Shown here one piece after another: positions 47,596-59,732 of a stretch of DNA of 64,000 bases (the first letter of the stretch is position 1; each line of letters starts with the position of its first letter). The stretch is taken from NCBI GenBank assembly GCA_001029675.1, contig CP011210.1, forward strand, positions 384,427 to 448,426. The letters are read 5' to 3'. A program made the position numbers and the translations under genes. Below the pieces are notes generated by a model, which saw only the letters and a list, made by a program, of their open reading frames with translations, was not told where the DNA came from and ran no database searches. Origin of the DNA: Candidatus Beckwithbacteria bacterium GW2011_GWC1_49_16 (GTDB lineage Bacteria > Patescibacteriota > Microgenomatia > UBA1400 > CG1-02-47-37).

Positions 47596-48819
47596 TTAGC
47601 TCGGGGAAACGAGGCTGCCGATGGCAGCCGCTAGCATAACCAGGACGGTGAGCCAACCCAAGAATTTTTGTTTCTTGCCGATGACGTGGCGGTTCATGAT
47701 CACTTCCTTGCTGGCCAGTTTCAAAATTAGTGCCAAAATAAACGGAGTGATGACGCCGTTGACCACCTGACTGTAGAAAAGGATTTTGATCGGGTTGACT
47801 TTCATCAGGGCGATCGCCAGGCCGACAAAAAAGCTCAAAGTGAGAACGGCGTAAAAACCCTTGGCTTGATTGACTTTTCTGTTTAAACCCGAACGCCAAT
47901 TGAATGTTTCGGCAACGGTATAAGCCGTGGTGGAAGTTAAAACCGGAATGGCTAAAATACCTGAGCCGATGAGACCGATGGCAAAAAGAAGAGCGGCTAG
48001 GTTGCCGGCCAAAGGTTGAAGGACTAAGGCGGCGTCTGCGGCCGACTGAACTTTAACGCCGTATTTAAACAGGGTCAGGGCGCTGGTAATGATGATAAAA
48101 GTTGAGGTCAAGTTGGAAAAAATTAACCCCCAGGAAACTTGACCGATTTCGGTTTTGACGTCGCGGACCGAAGGGTGATCCTCAACTTCTTCGGTTACCT
48201 GCCAGTAAAAAAGAAACGGAGTGATGGTGGTACCGAGCATGGCGACGGCCACCAACCAGAAGTTGGGGGTGAACTCAATTTGGGGCAGAAAGACGTTTTT
48301 GGCCAGCTCAAGCCAGTCGGGGCGAACGAGGACGGCCGTGGCGATGTAAGAGAGAAAGATTATTCCCATCCCGGCCAAGACCCGAGCCAGGACGGGATAA
48401 GTCTTAAAGACGATGATGTACCATAATAGTCCGGCCAAAAGCGGCAAAAAAACCCAGATGTTAATTCCAGGGAAAATTAGGTGCAAGGCGGCGGCGACGC
48501 CGGCAAAATCGGCGCCTAAGGTAAAAATGTTGGCGACGGCAACCAGGACAGTGACGCTTACGGCCAGCGGCAGGCCATAGTAGAGCCTAATGACCGAAGC
48601 CAAACCCTTTTTGGTGACGTCGCCGATACGGGCACAGATAGCTTGAGAGTTAATCAAAAGCGGGGTGGAGAGAATGTGGAATAAAACCAAGGAAAAGCCG
48701 GTTTGGGCGCCGGTGATGGTATAGGTAGAAACGCCGGCCGGGTCGTTGTCGGCGTTGCCGATAATAAAACCGTTTAAGAGGCGTTTTAGTTTACCGGGTT
48801 TTTTCTTGGTAGCGGGCAT
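47596..48819 (-). CDS. mntH: NRAMP family divalent metal transporter
   Basis: About 11 TM helices. DPAG...and GADFAGV...consensus regions of Nramp/MntH. Confidence 0.7.
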   Translation of the reverse strand: MPATKKKPGKLKRLLNGFIIGNADNDPAGVSTYTITGAQTGFSLVLFHILSTPLLINSQAICARIGDVTKKGLASVIRLYYGLPLAVSVTVLVAVANIFTLGADFAGVAAALHLIFPGINIWVFLPLLAGLLWYIIVFKTYPVLARVLAGMGIIFLSYIATAVLVRPDWLELAKNVFLPQIEFTPNFWLVAVAMLGTTITPFLFYWQVTEEVEDHPSVRDVKTEIGQVSWGLIFSNLTSTFIIITSALTLFKYGVKVQSAADAALVLQPLAGNLAALLFAIGLIGSGILAIPVLTSTTAYTVAETFNWRSGLNRKVNQAKGFYAVLTLSFFVGLAIALMKVNPIKILFYSQVVNGVITPFILALILKLASKEVIMNRHVIGKKQKFLGWLTVLVMLAAAIGSLVSPS

Positions 48820-49438
48820 GCTTTTTCAATTTATGATAGACGTAGCCAGCGGCGGCGACAAGGCCAAAAATAACGATAACAAGATCAAATTTGTGGAAAT
48901 ACCCGCCCAAACTATCCCAGTTGTCACCTAAGGTTTTGCCTAAGTAGGCCAAGGGCAGCGACCAGACGAAGGTGCCGATAAAAGCAAACAGGGCAAATTT
49001 CTTGACGTCCATTCTGGAGATGCCGGCCGGCAGAGAAATAAAGGTGCGGATGACCGGGAGCAGCCGGGAGGTAAAGGTAACCAGCTGGCCGTGGCGGGCA
49101 AACCAGTGTTCGGCCTCGTCCAGTTCATACTCAAAGACTAAAACATACTTGCCGTATTTCTTGATCAGGTTTCTGACCACTTTTTCGCCGCCGTAGTAGC
49201 CTAAGGCGTAGGAGGCAAGCGACCCCAAAGTGCCGCCGATGGAGCCCGCCAGAGTCACCCCCAAAAGAGTAAACCGGCCCTGGGAGACTAAAAAGCCGGA
49301 AAAAGGCATGATGATTTCGCTAGGCAACGGAATGTTAGCCGACTCGATGGCCATGGCCAGAGCGACGCCGGTGTAACCCAAGGAGCTGATTAGATTGATA
49401 GCGATATTACCAAGGAATTCGATTAAAGCCTGGATCAT
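48791..49438 (-). CDS. DedA / SNARE-associated family membrane protein
   Basis: DedA signature region FIGTFVWSLPLAYLGKTLGDNW. Confidence 0.7.
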   Translation of the reverse strand: MIQALIEFLGNIAINLISSLGYTGVALAMAIESANIPLPSEIIMPFSGFLVSQGRFTLLGVTLAGSIGGTLGSLASYALGYYGGEKVVRNLIKKYGKYVLVFEYELDEAEHWFARHGQLVTFTSRLLPVIRTFISLPAGISRMDVKKFALFAFIGTFVWSLPLAYLGKTLGDNWDSLGGYFHKFDLVIVIFGLVAAAGYVYHKLKKHARYQEKTR

Positions 49439-49442
49439 GGGT

Positions 49443-50309
49443 TTAGATAAACTCTTTTAAAGCGGGGCCGATATTAATGGAGTCGATGGTTTGGGAAACC
49501 AGTGGGGTGTCTTTCAGGCTGATGACCTGCTGGTGGTAGGCCGGTTTAGTTTCCTCAAAAAAGATGCCCACCGGGAGCCTGTCGGTTTCCAGGGTTTTCT
49601 GAAGCGCTAGTTTCCGGTCGTTGGTTTGGTAACCTGCTTCTTGATCCAGGTAGTAGATGTGGTCGCGGTACCAAGCATAAGAGCGGTCTTTTTTGTAAGT
49701 GGGGCAAGGCTGGAGGATGTCAAGTAGTGAAAAGCCGCTGTGGGAAATGGCGGCGATCAAAAGTTTGGTCAAGTGGGGAATGTCGCCGGCAAAGCCGCGG
49801 GCGACGAAAGTGGCCTGGTTTAAGATGGCTACCCCCAGGGGGTTGAAAGCTTCGTCGATGGTGCCGTCGGGAGTCGAGGGGGTGACGGTGCCCTTGGGGG
49901 TAAGGGGAGATTTTTGGCCGGTGGTAAGGCTGTATAAATAGTTGTCGTGGGTCAAAACGGTAATATCGTGGTTGCCGCGTGACAAGCCGATAAAGTGGTC
50001 GACGCCTTCGCCAAAGCAGCCGCCGTCGCCGATTACCGAGATTACCGGTAAGTGGTGGTTGGCGAGCTTAATGCCGGCGGCGGAAGACAGGGCCCGGCCG
50101 TGTAAGCTGTGGAAGCCGTAGGCGTAGACAAAGTCGGCCATGTTGCCGGAACAACCGACGTCGTAGACAAAGACGGCCTGATCCGGGGTGACTGTAAGCT
50201 GGTCGAGGGCCGCCTTGATTGAGCCTAAAATGCCGAAGTTGCCGCAGCCGGGGCACCAGGTGGGCGGCAAAGCCGTGACTCGCTTGGGACTGTGTAGGTT
50301 TGTCGTCAT
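49443..50309 (-). CDS. korB: 2-oxoacid:ferredoxin oxidoreductase beta subunit (TPP-binding; start at MTTNLHSP)
   Basis: CPGCGNFG and the TPP motif GDGGCFGEG. ATGA overlap with korA. Confidence 0.85.
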   Translation of the reverse strand: MTTNLHSPKRVTALPPTWCPGCGNFGILGSIKAALDQLTVTPDQAVFVYDVGCSGNMADFVYAYGFHSLHGRALSSAAGIKLANHHLPVISVIGDGGCFGEGVDHFIGLSRGNHDITVLTHDNYLYSLTTGQKSPLTPKGTVTPSTPDGTIDEAFNPLGVAILNQATFVARGFAGDIPHLTKLLIAAISHSGFSLLDILQPCPTYKKDRSYAWYRDHIYYLDQEAGYQTNDRKLALQKTLETDRLPVGIFFEETKPAYHQQVISLKDTPLVSQTIDSINIGPALKEFI

Positions 50310-52018
50310 AATTTTTCGACGATTTCTTCTGGGTAGAAGGGGCGGCCGTCGTATTTTAAAAGTTTTCTGTCTATGGTGATGCCGGTTTGCTCTCTGATCA
50401 AGCGGTTTAGCTGGCCGGTAGAGTTGCACTCGAGAGTGACTAATTTTTTGGCCGAAGCAAGTAACTTGGCCAGGGTTTTTTCGGGGAAAGGCCAGACTAG
50501 GGGCAAATGGATGAAGTTGACGTCAGGGAGCAAGTTTAGGGCTTGGCGAATTACTCCTTTGTTAGAACCCCAGGAGACGATGGTGGTGGCAGCGTTTTGG
50601 GGACCGAAAAGCACCGGCTGGGGCAAGCTTTCTTCTTGGCTCATGGAGGCAAATTTCCGGTTCCTTTTGTCGACTTGGGCGGTTCTGACTTTTGACTCCT
50701 CGGTGGCGTAGCCTAACTCGTCGTGTTCGTAGCTGTTGGTTAGATGCACGCCGCCGGGGGTACCGGGCAGCGGCCGGGGGGAGATGCCGTTATCGGTAAG
50801 CTGGTAGCGGGGAAAGGGCTGGTCGTTTGGCAAAGCTTTGCTGTCGGCCAGAGAGTGGCGCTGGTTTAGATGTTGGTCGGCAAAGCGGTCAACGGTAAAG
50901 TAGGACTCGGAAAGGTATTTGTCGGTTAAAACCAGGGCCGGGGTTTGGTATTTTTCGGAGAGATTTTGAGCCAAGCGCGCCGCCTCAAAGGCCTCGGCCG
51001 GATCGCCGGGGGTAAAAACCAAGCGGGGAAATTCATCCTGGGAGGCGTTGATGGCAAAAAGAAGATCACCTTGGCTGCTCCAAGTGGGCATGCCCGAGGC
51101 CGGGCCCGGCCGCATGCCTAAAACCACCACCAGCGGGGTTTCGGTGACGCCTGATAGCCCCAAGCCCTCTGTCATTAGAGAAAAGCCGCCGCCGGAGGTA
51201 GCCACCATGGAGCGCACCCCGGCAAAAGCGGCGCCGATAGCCGAGTTTACTACGCCGATTTCGTTTTCGCCGTGGCGGACGACCAGGCCAAACTGGTCGG
51301 CGTGTGCCGCCAGGTAGTGGAGGATGGCGGTGGTTGGGGTCATGGGGTAAGCGGTGTAGAACTTCAGGCCGCCGGCCACCGCCCCCAAGGCAATGGCTTC
51401 GTTGCCGGTAAGAAAGATTTTGTCGGCCGGGGGCTTGCCGGGGTAGGCAAAGTTTAATTTTTTGTCCGGGAAGTTGGTTTTGACATAATCGTAGCCGAGG
51501 CTGGCTGCTTGGTGGTTTAGTTTGACCACCTCCTCGCCTTTGCGGGCAAAAGTCTCGGTTAAAATCTGGTTTAAAGACTCAAGGGGTAGATTTAAAAGAT
51601 AACCACTGGCTCCTAAGGCGACGGTGTTTTTGACCAACAGTCCCCCGCCCGAGTCCCGGGCAATTTTAGCTAGGGGGATGTCGATGATCTGATTTTGCCG
51701 CTTAAAGCCGGTCAGGTCATTTTTGATCAGATTGAGGTCGGCGACGATGGCCGTTTGATCGGTAAATTCTTCCTGGTGGTTTAAGACGGCATTGGCGTTT
51801 AGGGCCACCATGACGTCGAGGGCCACTTTGGGGGCGTGGGCCTTTTCAATCGAGGCCGCGACCTGAAAAGTATTGTGGCCGCCGCGGATGAGCGAGGGAT
51901 ATTCGGTGTAACCGTGGATGTTGACGCCTTGGCGAAAGAGGGCCTTACTAAGGATCAGGCCGGAGACTTTGATGCCTTCGCCGGCGGCGCCGGCAATTTT
52001 CCAGTTTAATGCGGGCAT
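50306..52018 (-). CDS. korA: 2-oxoacid:ferredoxin oxidoreductase alpha subunit (fused gamma-alpha)
   Basis: N-terminal gamma-like GAAGEGIKVSG. Central pyruvate-flavodoxin-oxidoreductase domain. 570 aa. Confidence 0.85.
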   Translation of the reverse strand: MPALNWKIAGAAGEGIKVSGLILSKALFRQGVNIHGYTEYPSLIRGGHNTFQVAASIEKAHAPKVALDVMVALNANAVLNHQEEFTDQTAIVADLNLIKNDLTGFKRQNQIIDIPLAKIARDSGGGLLVKNTVALGASGYLLNLPLESLNQILTETFARKGEEVVKLNHQAASLGYDYVKTNFPDKKLNFAYPGKPPADKIFLTGNEAIALGAVAGGLKFYTAYPMTPTTAILHYLAAHADQFGLVVRHGENEIGVVNSAIGAAFAGVRSMVATSGGGFSLMTEGLGLSGVTETPLVVVLGMRPGPASGMPTWSSQGDLLFAINASQDEFPRLVFTPGDPAEAFEAARLAQNLSEKYQTPALVLTDKYLSESYFTVDRFADQHLNQRHSLADSKALPNDQPFPRYQLTDNGISPRPLPGTPGGVHLTNSYEHDELGYATEESKVRTAQVDKRNRKFASMSQEESLPQPVLFGPQNAATTIVSWGSNKGVIRQALNLLPDVNFIHLPLVWPFPEKTLAKLLASAKKLVTLECNSTGQLNRLIREQTGITIDRKLLKYDGRPFYPEEIVEKL

Positions 52019-52036
52019 GTTACAATCTTAAATTAT

Positions 52037-52720
52037 ATGGGCAGGCTTTACCTAGTGTCAACGCCGATTGGCAACCTGAAGGATATAAGTTTGCGTGCGA
52101 TTGAAGTTTTGGGGCAGGTAGACGTAATTTTATGCGAGGACACCAGAAAGACGGGTCAGATGCTTAAAAGCCTATCAGAAAACGGGACGATCGTCTCAAA
52201 CTCTGATAGGTTTAATTTGGTTAGTTTCTACGAACAAAACGAAGAGGCAAGAATTCCCCAGGTGATCGGTTGGCTTAAGGAGGGAAAAGATGTGGCTTTG
52301 GTGAGTAGTGCCGGCACGCCCTTGATTTCCGACCCCGGGTTTAAACTGGTGCGGCAGTGCGTCAGGGAAGGAATTCCCGTCTCCCCTATTCCCGGGGCGT
52401 CGGCTACTTTAGCGGCCTTAGTGGTTTCAGGACTACCGACCGACAAGTTTATGTTTTTGGGCTTTTTGCCCAAAAAGAGCGGTAAAAGAAAAAAACTTTT
52501 GGAAAGCGCTTTAAAAGCGGTTGAGTTGGTGCCGCAGACGGTGATTTTTTATGAGTCGCCTTTCCGGCTTAATAAATCTTTGGCGGTTTTGGCGGAGCTG
52601 GCTCCGGAGGCAAAGGTGGTTATCGCCCGGGAACTGACCAAGAAGTTTGAGGAGGTGATCCGCGGCAGCGCTAAAAAGTTGGCGGAAGAATTTGCCGGCA
52701 AAAAAGTCAAGGGCGAGGTG

Positions 52721-52741
<21 letters not shown>
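52037..52741 (+). CDS. rsmI: 16S rRNA (cytidine1402-2'-O)-methyltransferase
   Basis: MGRLYLVSTPIGNLKDISLRA...tetrapyrrole-methylase fold motifs. Confidence 0.85.
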
Positions 52742-54415
<1,674 letters not shown>

Positions 54416-54424
54416 AAGGTTTTA

Positions 54425-56056
54425 TTATAACAAACTTTTGCCGGTCATGGCCGACGGCACCGGCAGGTTGAGAATTTTTAAGATGGTGGGGGCGACGTCG
54501 GCCAGGATGCCGGGAGGCATGGATCGGTTTTGGCCCTCAAAAACCCGGCTGGCGGCGATAAAAGGAACCGGGTTGACCGAATGCTCGGTGTCGACCTCGC
54601 CGGAGCTTAGGTTAATCATTTCTTCGGTGTTGCCGTGGTCGGCGGTAATCAAAGCGGTGCCGTTTAAGTTTAAGACGGTGGGGACGATTTGGGCTAAAGC
54701 TTGATCGGCAGCCTGGCAAGCTTTGACGGCGGCATCGATATTGCCGGTGTGGCCGACCATGTCGGGGCAGGCAAAGTTGACGATGACAAAGTGATAGATG
54801 TTTTGCTTGAGTTTATCTATCAAGGTTTGGGTAAGCTCGGGCGTCGACATTTCCGGTTTTAAGTCGTAGGTGGCAACTTTAGGTGAAGGGATAATCGTCC
54901 AGTCTTCTCCGGGAAATGGCTGTTCTCTTAAGCCGTTAAAGTAGTAAGTAACGAAACGCTCTTTTTCGGTTTCGGCCATGTGGAGTTGACGAAGATTGTG
55001 TTCGGAGAGTATCAGGGACAAGGGGTATTTGACCGAAAGCGGGGGGATAACTACTTTGACCGGCAGGCTCTTTTGGTACTCGGTCATGGTGACAAAAAAG
55101 AGATTATGGAGAATTTTGTTGCGTTTGAATGGGGGGTTGACGGGAATTTTTTCTACCAAGTGGCTATGGAGATATTTGTCCGAATGGGGGTCGTAGGCAG
55201 GCCGGTTGCCGCTGGTCTCAAAATCGGGCAGGACAAAGGCGCGGGTTAACTGGCGGGGCCGGTCGACTCTGAAGTTGTAGAAGATGACGGCGTCGTTGTC
55301 GCCGATCAAGCTGACGGGGGTGCCGTTGGCGTCGACGATGTTAGTCGGCTCGATGAACTCGTCGGTTTTACCGTCAGCGTAAGATTGGCGGATGGCGGTT
55401 TGGGGGCTTTCGGCTTTTAAGCCTTGGTTTTGGGTTAAGCACTGGTAGGCTTTTTGGGTCCGGTCCCATCTGAAATCACGGTCCATACCAAAGTAACGGC
55501 CCATGACGGTGGCGATTTGGCCGATGCCGGCGTCGGCCAGATGTTTTTCGATTTGGGAGACATAAGTTTGCGAGGTGGTGGGTGGGGAATCCCGGCCGTC
55601 GGTGATTAAATGGAGAGAGAGGTTGGGGACGCCCTGCTGTTGGGCGAGTTTAATCAGGGCAAAAAGGTGTTCGTTGTTGGCGTGGACGCCGCCGGAGCCG
55701 ACTAAGCCTAAAAGGTGGAGGGTAGAGCGGTTTTTTTTGACGAAGTCAAGAGCCTCGAGCAAAGTGGGATTTTTGAAAAAGTTGCCGTCAGCGATGGCGG
55801 TGTTTATCCTGGGTAAGTCGGCAAAAACGATTTGGCCGGCGCCGATGTTGATGTGGCCGACTTCGGTGTTGCCGTCTTCGCCGTGGGGCAAGCCGACGGC
55901 CTCGCCCGAAGCCACGAGCCGGGTGTTGGGATAAGCGGCGGTCAATTGGTCGATGAAAGGGGTGTGGGCCAGTTTAATGGCGTTGCCCGGGCCGGAAGGG
56001 GCGATACCCCAACCGTCCAAAATAATCAAAACTACCGGGCTTATTTGTTGGTTCAT
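54425..56056 (-). CDS. gpmI: 2,3-bisphosphoglycerate-independent phosphoglycerate mutase
   Basis: VLIILDGWG...and the ADHGN/metalloenzyme motifs. 543 aa. Confidence 0.9.
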   Translation of the reverse strand: MNQQISPVVLIILDGWGIAPSGPGNAIKLAHTPFIDQLTAAYPNTRLVASGEAVGLPHGEDGNTEVGHINIGAGQIVFADLPRINTAIADGNFFKNPTLLEALDFVKKNRSTLHLLGLVGSGGVHANNEHLFALIKLAQQQGVPNLSLHLITDGRDSPPTTSQTYVSQIEKHLADAGIGQIATVMGRYFGMDRDFRWDRTQKAYQCLTQNQGLKAESPQTAIRQSYADGKTDEFIEPTNIVDANGTPVSLIGDNDAVIFYNFRVDRPRQLTRAFVLPDFETSGNRPAYDPHSDKYLHSHLVEKIPVNPPFKRNKILHNLFFVTMTEYQKSLPVKVVIPPLSVKYPLSLILSEHNLRQLHMAETEKERFVTYYFNGLREQPFPGEDWTIIPSPKVATYDLKPEMSTPELTQTLIDKLKQNIYHFVIVNFACPDMVGHTGNIDAAVKACQAADQALAQIVPTVLNLNGTALITADHGNTEEMINLSSGEVDTEHSVNPVPFIAASRVFEGQNRSMPPGILADVAPTILKILNLPVPSAMTGKSLL

Positions 56057-57315
56057 TTAATTAAATTAATTTCTGATTCTATGGCTAAAAGGCGGTTGTA
56101 TTTGGCGACTCTTTCGCCGCGGGCGGGGGCGCCAAACTTGGTGTAGTCGGCGCCGATGCCAACGGCAAAATCGGCGATAAAAGTGTCGTTGGTTTCGCCT
56201 GATCGGTGGGAAGCGATGATTTTCCAGCCGGCGGTCTTGGCCAATTTGATAACGCTGATAGTTTCGGAAACGGTGCCTGCCTGGTTGGGTTTGACTAGGA
56301 TGGCGTTGCAGGCATGAGTTTCAATCGCTTTTTTGACTCGGTGAGCGTTGGTGGAGAGTAAATCGTCGCCGACGATGAGGGTGTCTTCGGCCAGGTCGTT
56401 TGTCAGTTTGGCCCAGCCGTCCCAGTCGTCGGGCGCCAGCGCGTCTTCTAAAGAAAACAAGCGATATTGGCGGTTTAATTGGCTGTAGTAGTCGATCAGT
56501 TCGCCGCCGGAAAAAGGTTGAGCCCGGTCTTTGATTTGGTAGTGTCCGTTTTGATAAAAAAAGGTGGCGGCGACATCGAGGCCCAAAAAAACGTCTTGGG
56601 CAAACTTATAAGCGGTCGAGTCGATCGCCTCCATCATCACTTCTAAGGCGTCCATGTTAGTAAACAGGTTGGGAGCAAAGCCCCCTTCGTCGCCGACGGA
56701 GTGGATGGCGTCGCGGTTTTTAAGGGTGTGTTTTAAGGCTTGGTAGATTTCTTCACCGATTTGAAGAGCGGTGTGGTAAGGAAATCTAACCGAAGGGATA
56801 ATGTGGAATTCCTGGAAGTCGAGGTTGCCGGCGCCGTGGGCGCCGCCGTTTATAATATTAAAAGTGGGGCTGGGAAGTTTGGCCAATTTTGGAGTCAAGC
56901 GGTATTTTTGGAAAATGTAGCGGTAGAGGGGGAGATTAAAAAAACTGGCGGCGGCTTTGAGGCCGGCCAATGACACCGACAAGATGGCGTTGCCGCCAAG
57001 TAGAGCTTTGTTGGCAGTGCCGTCAAGATCGATCAACCTTTGGTCTAGTTTGGTTTGGCTGGTAACGTCGAGGTTTTTTACTGCCGGAGCAATTTTTTGG
57101 TTGACGTTTGCTACGGCGGTTAATACCCCGTAGCCGTTAAAGCGACCCAAGTCATGGTCGCGAATTTCGACGGCTTCGTATTTGCCGCTGGCGGCGCTGG
57201 AAGGAACAGAGGCGGTGCCGTGGTGGCCGGTTGACAGGACGACGGTGGTTTCGACGGTGGGGTAGCCCCGAGAGTCAAGGATTTCGCGGGAAAAAACATT
57301 GGCAATTTTGCTCAT
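56053..57315 (-). CDS. eno: enolase (start at MSKIANVF, 4-nt overlap with ppsA)
   Basis: REILDSRGYPTVE, SHRSGETED-like catalytic block, 421 aa. Confidence 0.9.
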   Translation of the reverse strand: MSKIANVFSREILDSRGYPTVETTVVLSTGHHGTASVPSSAASGKYEAVEIRDHDLGRFNGYGVLTAVANVNQKIAPAVKNLDVTSQTKLDQRLIDLDGTANKALLGGNAILSVSLAGLKAAASFFNLPLYRYIFQKYRLTPKLAKLPSPTFNIINGGAHGAGNLDFQEFHIIPSVRFPYHTALQIGEEIYQALKHTLKNRDAIHSVGDEGGFAPNLFTNMDALEVMMEAIDSTAYKFAQDVFLGLDVAATFFYQNGHYQIKDRAQPFSGGELIDYYSQLNRQYRLFSLEDALAPDDWDGWAKLTNDLAEDTLIVGDDLLSTNAHRVKKAIETHACNAILVKPNQAGTVSETISVIKLAKTAGWKIIASHRSGETNDTFIADFAVGIGADYTKFGAPARGERVAKYNRLLAIESEINLIK

Positions 57316-59636
57316 CTGACGGCCCTTGACTCGGCTTGATAAATTATTTGGCGAGTGGTTTCGATGGCGTCCGGGGATACCGAGACGCTGGTGACGCCCC
57401 ACGAGACCAGCTTTTCGGTTAGATCAGGATAAGTCGACGGCGCTTGGCCGCAGACGGACGAGGTCAGGTGGTGTTTTTGACAAGTTACAATGGTTTTTTT
57501 CAGGGCCCACAAAACAGCCGGATTTGTTTCGTCGTAAAGCGAAGCGACTTCGGCGTTGTCGCGGTCGACGCCGAGCATGAGCATGGTCAAGTCGTTGGTG
57601 CCGATAGAAACACCGTCCAGCCCCACTTTGATAAAGTCCTCGAGTAAAATGACGTTTAGAGGAATTTCGACCATCATCCAGAGTTTAAACGAGGGCGAGC
57701 GGATTAAGTTTTGGGAGACGATTAAACGTTTGACTCGGGTCAGTTCGGCAACGCTCCTGACAAAGGGAATCATCAGCCAAAGGTTGGTTAAGCCTAATTT
57801 ATTCCTGACTCTTTTTATGGCTTCGAGTTCCAAGTCAAAAACTGCCTCGTCCGCCAAATAGCGGAAGGCGCCGCGGTAGCCGAGCATGGGGTTTTCTTCC
57901 TCGGGTTCAAAAGCTTGGCCGCCGGTCAGGTGGGCGTATTCGTTGGTTTTAAAATCGGTAGCCCGGTAGACTACCGGCCGGGGGTAAAAAGCTTGGGTGA
58001 ATTTTTTTAAGCCTTCGACCAGATTAACAATGAACTGTTCTTGTTTTTGGTCTTGGATCAATTTTTTAGGATGGACGCCTCCTTGGGCGATCATGAATTC
58101 GGCCCGGAGCAGGCCGACGCCGTCGACGTTTTTTTGAGCCACCGATTCGGCCAGATCCGGTTCGGCCAGGTTGACGTAGATTTTGGTAGCGGTCTGGGTG
58201 AGGTCGGCGGCAAAAAGTTTTTGATAGGCTTTCTTTCGGCCGGAGGCCGACTGGTTTTTGGCCATGACCGGGGCAGTTTTAGGCGGGGCGAGGGTTTTGG
58301 TTTTGGAGATTTTGCCGCCGGCGAAAATTTTACCGCTAGTGCCGTCGACGGTAACCACGGTGCCGGTTTTTAGAGTCTTGGTGGCGGTGGCGGTGCCGAC
58401 GACACAGGGAATTCCCAGTTCACGCGAGACGATGGCGGCGTGAGAGGTTTGACCGCCCTGGTTGGTGACGATGGCGGCGGCTTTTTTCATGGCCGGGACA
58501 AAATCGGGCGTGGTCATGTCGCTTACCAGAATTTCCCCCTGGGAGAGTCGGTCGATTTGTTTGGCATTCTTAAGTTTTTTGACGTAGCCGGTGGCCAGGC
58601 CGGGGCTGGCCGGGTCGCCGGTAAGGATGAGTTTGAGATCGCCGGGGGGAAGCTTTTTTTTGTTTTTATCCGGAGGCTTGAAGGTAGTGACGGCTCGGGA
58701 TTGGACAATGTAGATTTTGCCGCCCGATATGGCCCACTCGATGTCTTGAGGGAAAAAGTAGTGGCGTTGGATCTGGTGGCCAAGTTTGGCCAATTTAACG
58801 ATTTGGTCGTCGGTGAGTTTAGCCTGTTTTTGCAAGTTAACCTTGACTTTGACTTCCCGGTTTTGACCGCGGCTTAGAACCAGCTGACGCTTTTGGGGGT
58901 TTACCTGTTTTTGGAGGATTTTCCAGGTTTGTTTTTGAATCAGGTAGTGGTCGGGGGTATAGGCGCCCTGGACGATTTTTTCTCCCAAGCCCCAAATGGC
59001 TTCGATGACTACTTGGTTTTTGTCGTTGGTCACCGGATTGACGGTAAACATGATGCCGGAAACTTGTGCTTGAATCATGGTTTGCACCGGGACGGCGATG
59101 CCGACGCTAAAGTGGTCAAAGCCCTTTTGTTCGCGATAGAAGATGGCCCGGGGCTCAAAGAGTGAAGCCCAGCAAGCTCTGACCTTTTGCACCACGTTGG
59201 CTTCTCCGGAAACGTTTAAGAAGGTTTCCTGTTGGCCGGCAAAAGAGGCGTCGGGCAGGTCTTCGGCCGTGGCCGAGGAACGCACCGCCACCAGGGTGTG
59301 TTTGATTCCCCGACCCAGCTTCAAGTAGGCCTTGATGATGGTTAAGGCCAGGTCGTCGGGGATTTTGGCGGTGAGGATTAGCTGTTTGACTCTGACGGAA
59401 GCTGAATTGAGGCTTTTTGGGTTATCGACGTCGACGTCACTTAGAATCGCCTTGATTTTGTCTTTGAGGTTGTTTTGGTCGATGACCTCAAAGTAAGCCG
59501 GAGCGGTGACGATAAAGCCGGGAGGGACGGGCAGGCCGGCTTTGGCCATTTCACCCAAATTGGCGCCCTTGCCGCCGACTAAGGCGACGGATTCCTTGTC
59601 AACGTTTTTAAAGTCAATGACGAATTTTTCTGGCAT
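57312..59636 (-). CDS. ppsA: phosphoenolpyruvate synthase / pyruvate, water dikinase
   Basis: N-terminal ATP-grasp, phospho-His domain GGQTSHAAIVSRELGIPCVVG, C-terminal PEP-utilising TIM barrel. 774 aa. Confidence 0.85.
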   Translation of the reverse strand: MPEKFVIDFKNVDKESVALVGGKGANLGEMAKAGLPVPPGFIVTAPAYFEVIDQNNLKDKIKAILSDVDVDNPKSLNSASVRVKQLILTAKIPDDLALTIIKAYLKLGRGIKHTLVAVRSSATAEDLPDASFAGQQETFLNVSGEANVVQKVRACWASLFEPRAIFYREQKGFDHFSVGIAVPVQTMIQAQVSGIMFTVNPVTNDKNQVVIEAIWGLGEKIVQGAYTPDHYLIQKQTWKILQKQVNPQKRQLVLSRGQNREVKVKVNLQKQAKLTDDQIVKLAKLGHQIQRHYFFPQDIEWAISGGKIYIVQSRAVTTFKPPDKNKKKLPPGDLKLILTGDPASPGLATGYVKKLKNAKQIDRLSQGEILVSDMTTPDFVPAMKKAAAIVTNQGGQTSHAAIVSRELGIPCVVGTATATKTLKTGTVVTVDGTSGKIFAGGKISKTKTLAPPKTAPVMAKNQSASGRKKAYQKLFAADLTQTATKIYVNLAEPDLAESVAQKNVDGVGLLRAEFMIAQGGVHPKKLIQDQKQEQFIVNLVEGLKKFTQAFYPRPVVYRATDFKTNEYAHLTGGQAFEPEEENPMLGYRGAFRYLADEAVFDLELEAIKRVRNKLGLTNLWLMIPFVRSVAELTRVKRLIVSQNLIRSPSFKLWMMVEIPLNVILLEDFIKVGLDGVSIGTNDLTMLMLGVDRDNAEVASLYDETNPAVLWALKKTIVTCQKHHLTSSVCGQAPSTYPDLTEKLVSWGVTSVSVSPDAIETTRQIIYQAESRAVR

Positions 59637-59686
59637 AGGCAGGTTAAGTTAAGGATAACAAATTAAGCCTAGTTTCGCCACACCTA

Positions 59687-59707
59687 CAAGGTTTATCCTT
59701 GAAGGTT
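59687..59707. repeat. REP-like palindromic element (CAAGGTTTATCCTTGAAGGTT) upstream of the RAYT gene
   Basis: Reverse-complement partner of the copies at 60188-60212 and 60391-60417. Confidence 0.7.
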
Positions 59708-59732
59708 CTTAAAGGTTGGTATAATTGAGATA

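Noticed and set aside
58041-59165. Plus-strand ORFs of 90-145 aa
   Set aside because: They are antisense within ppsA, with Gly/Asp-rich low-complexity translations.
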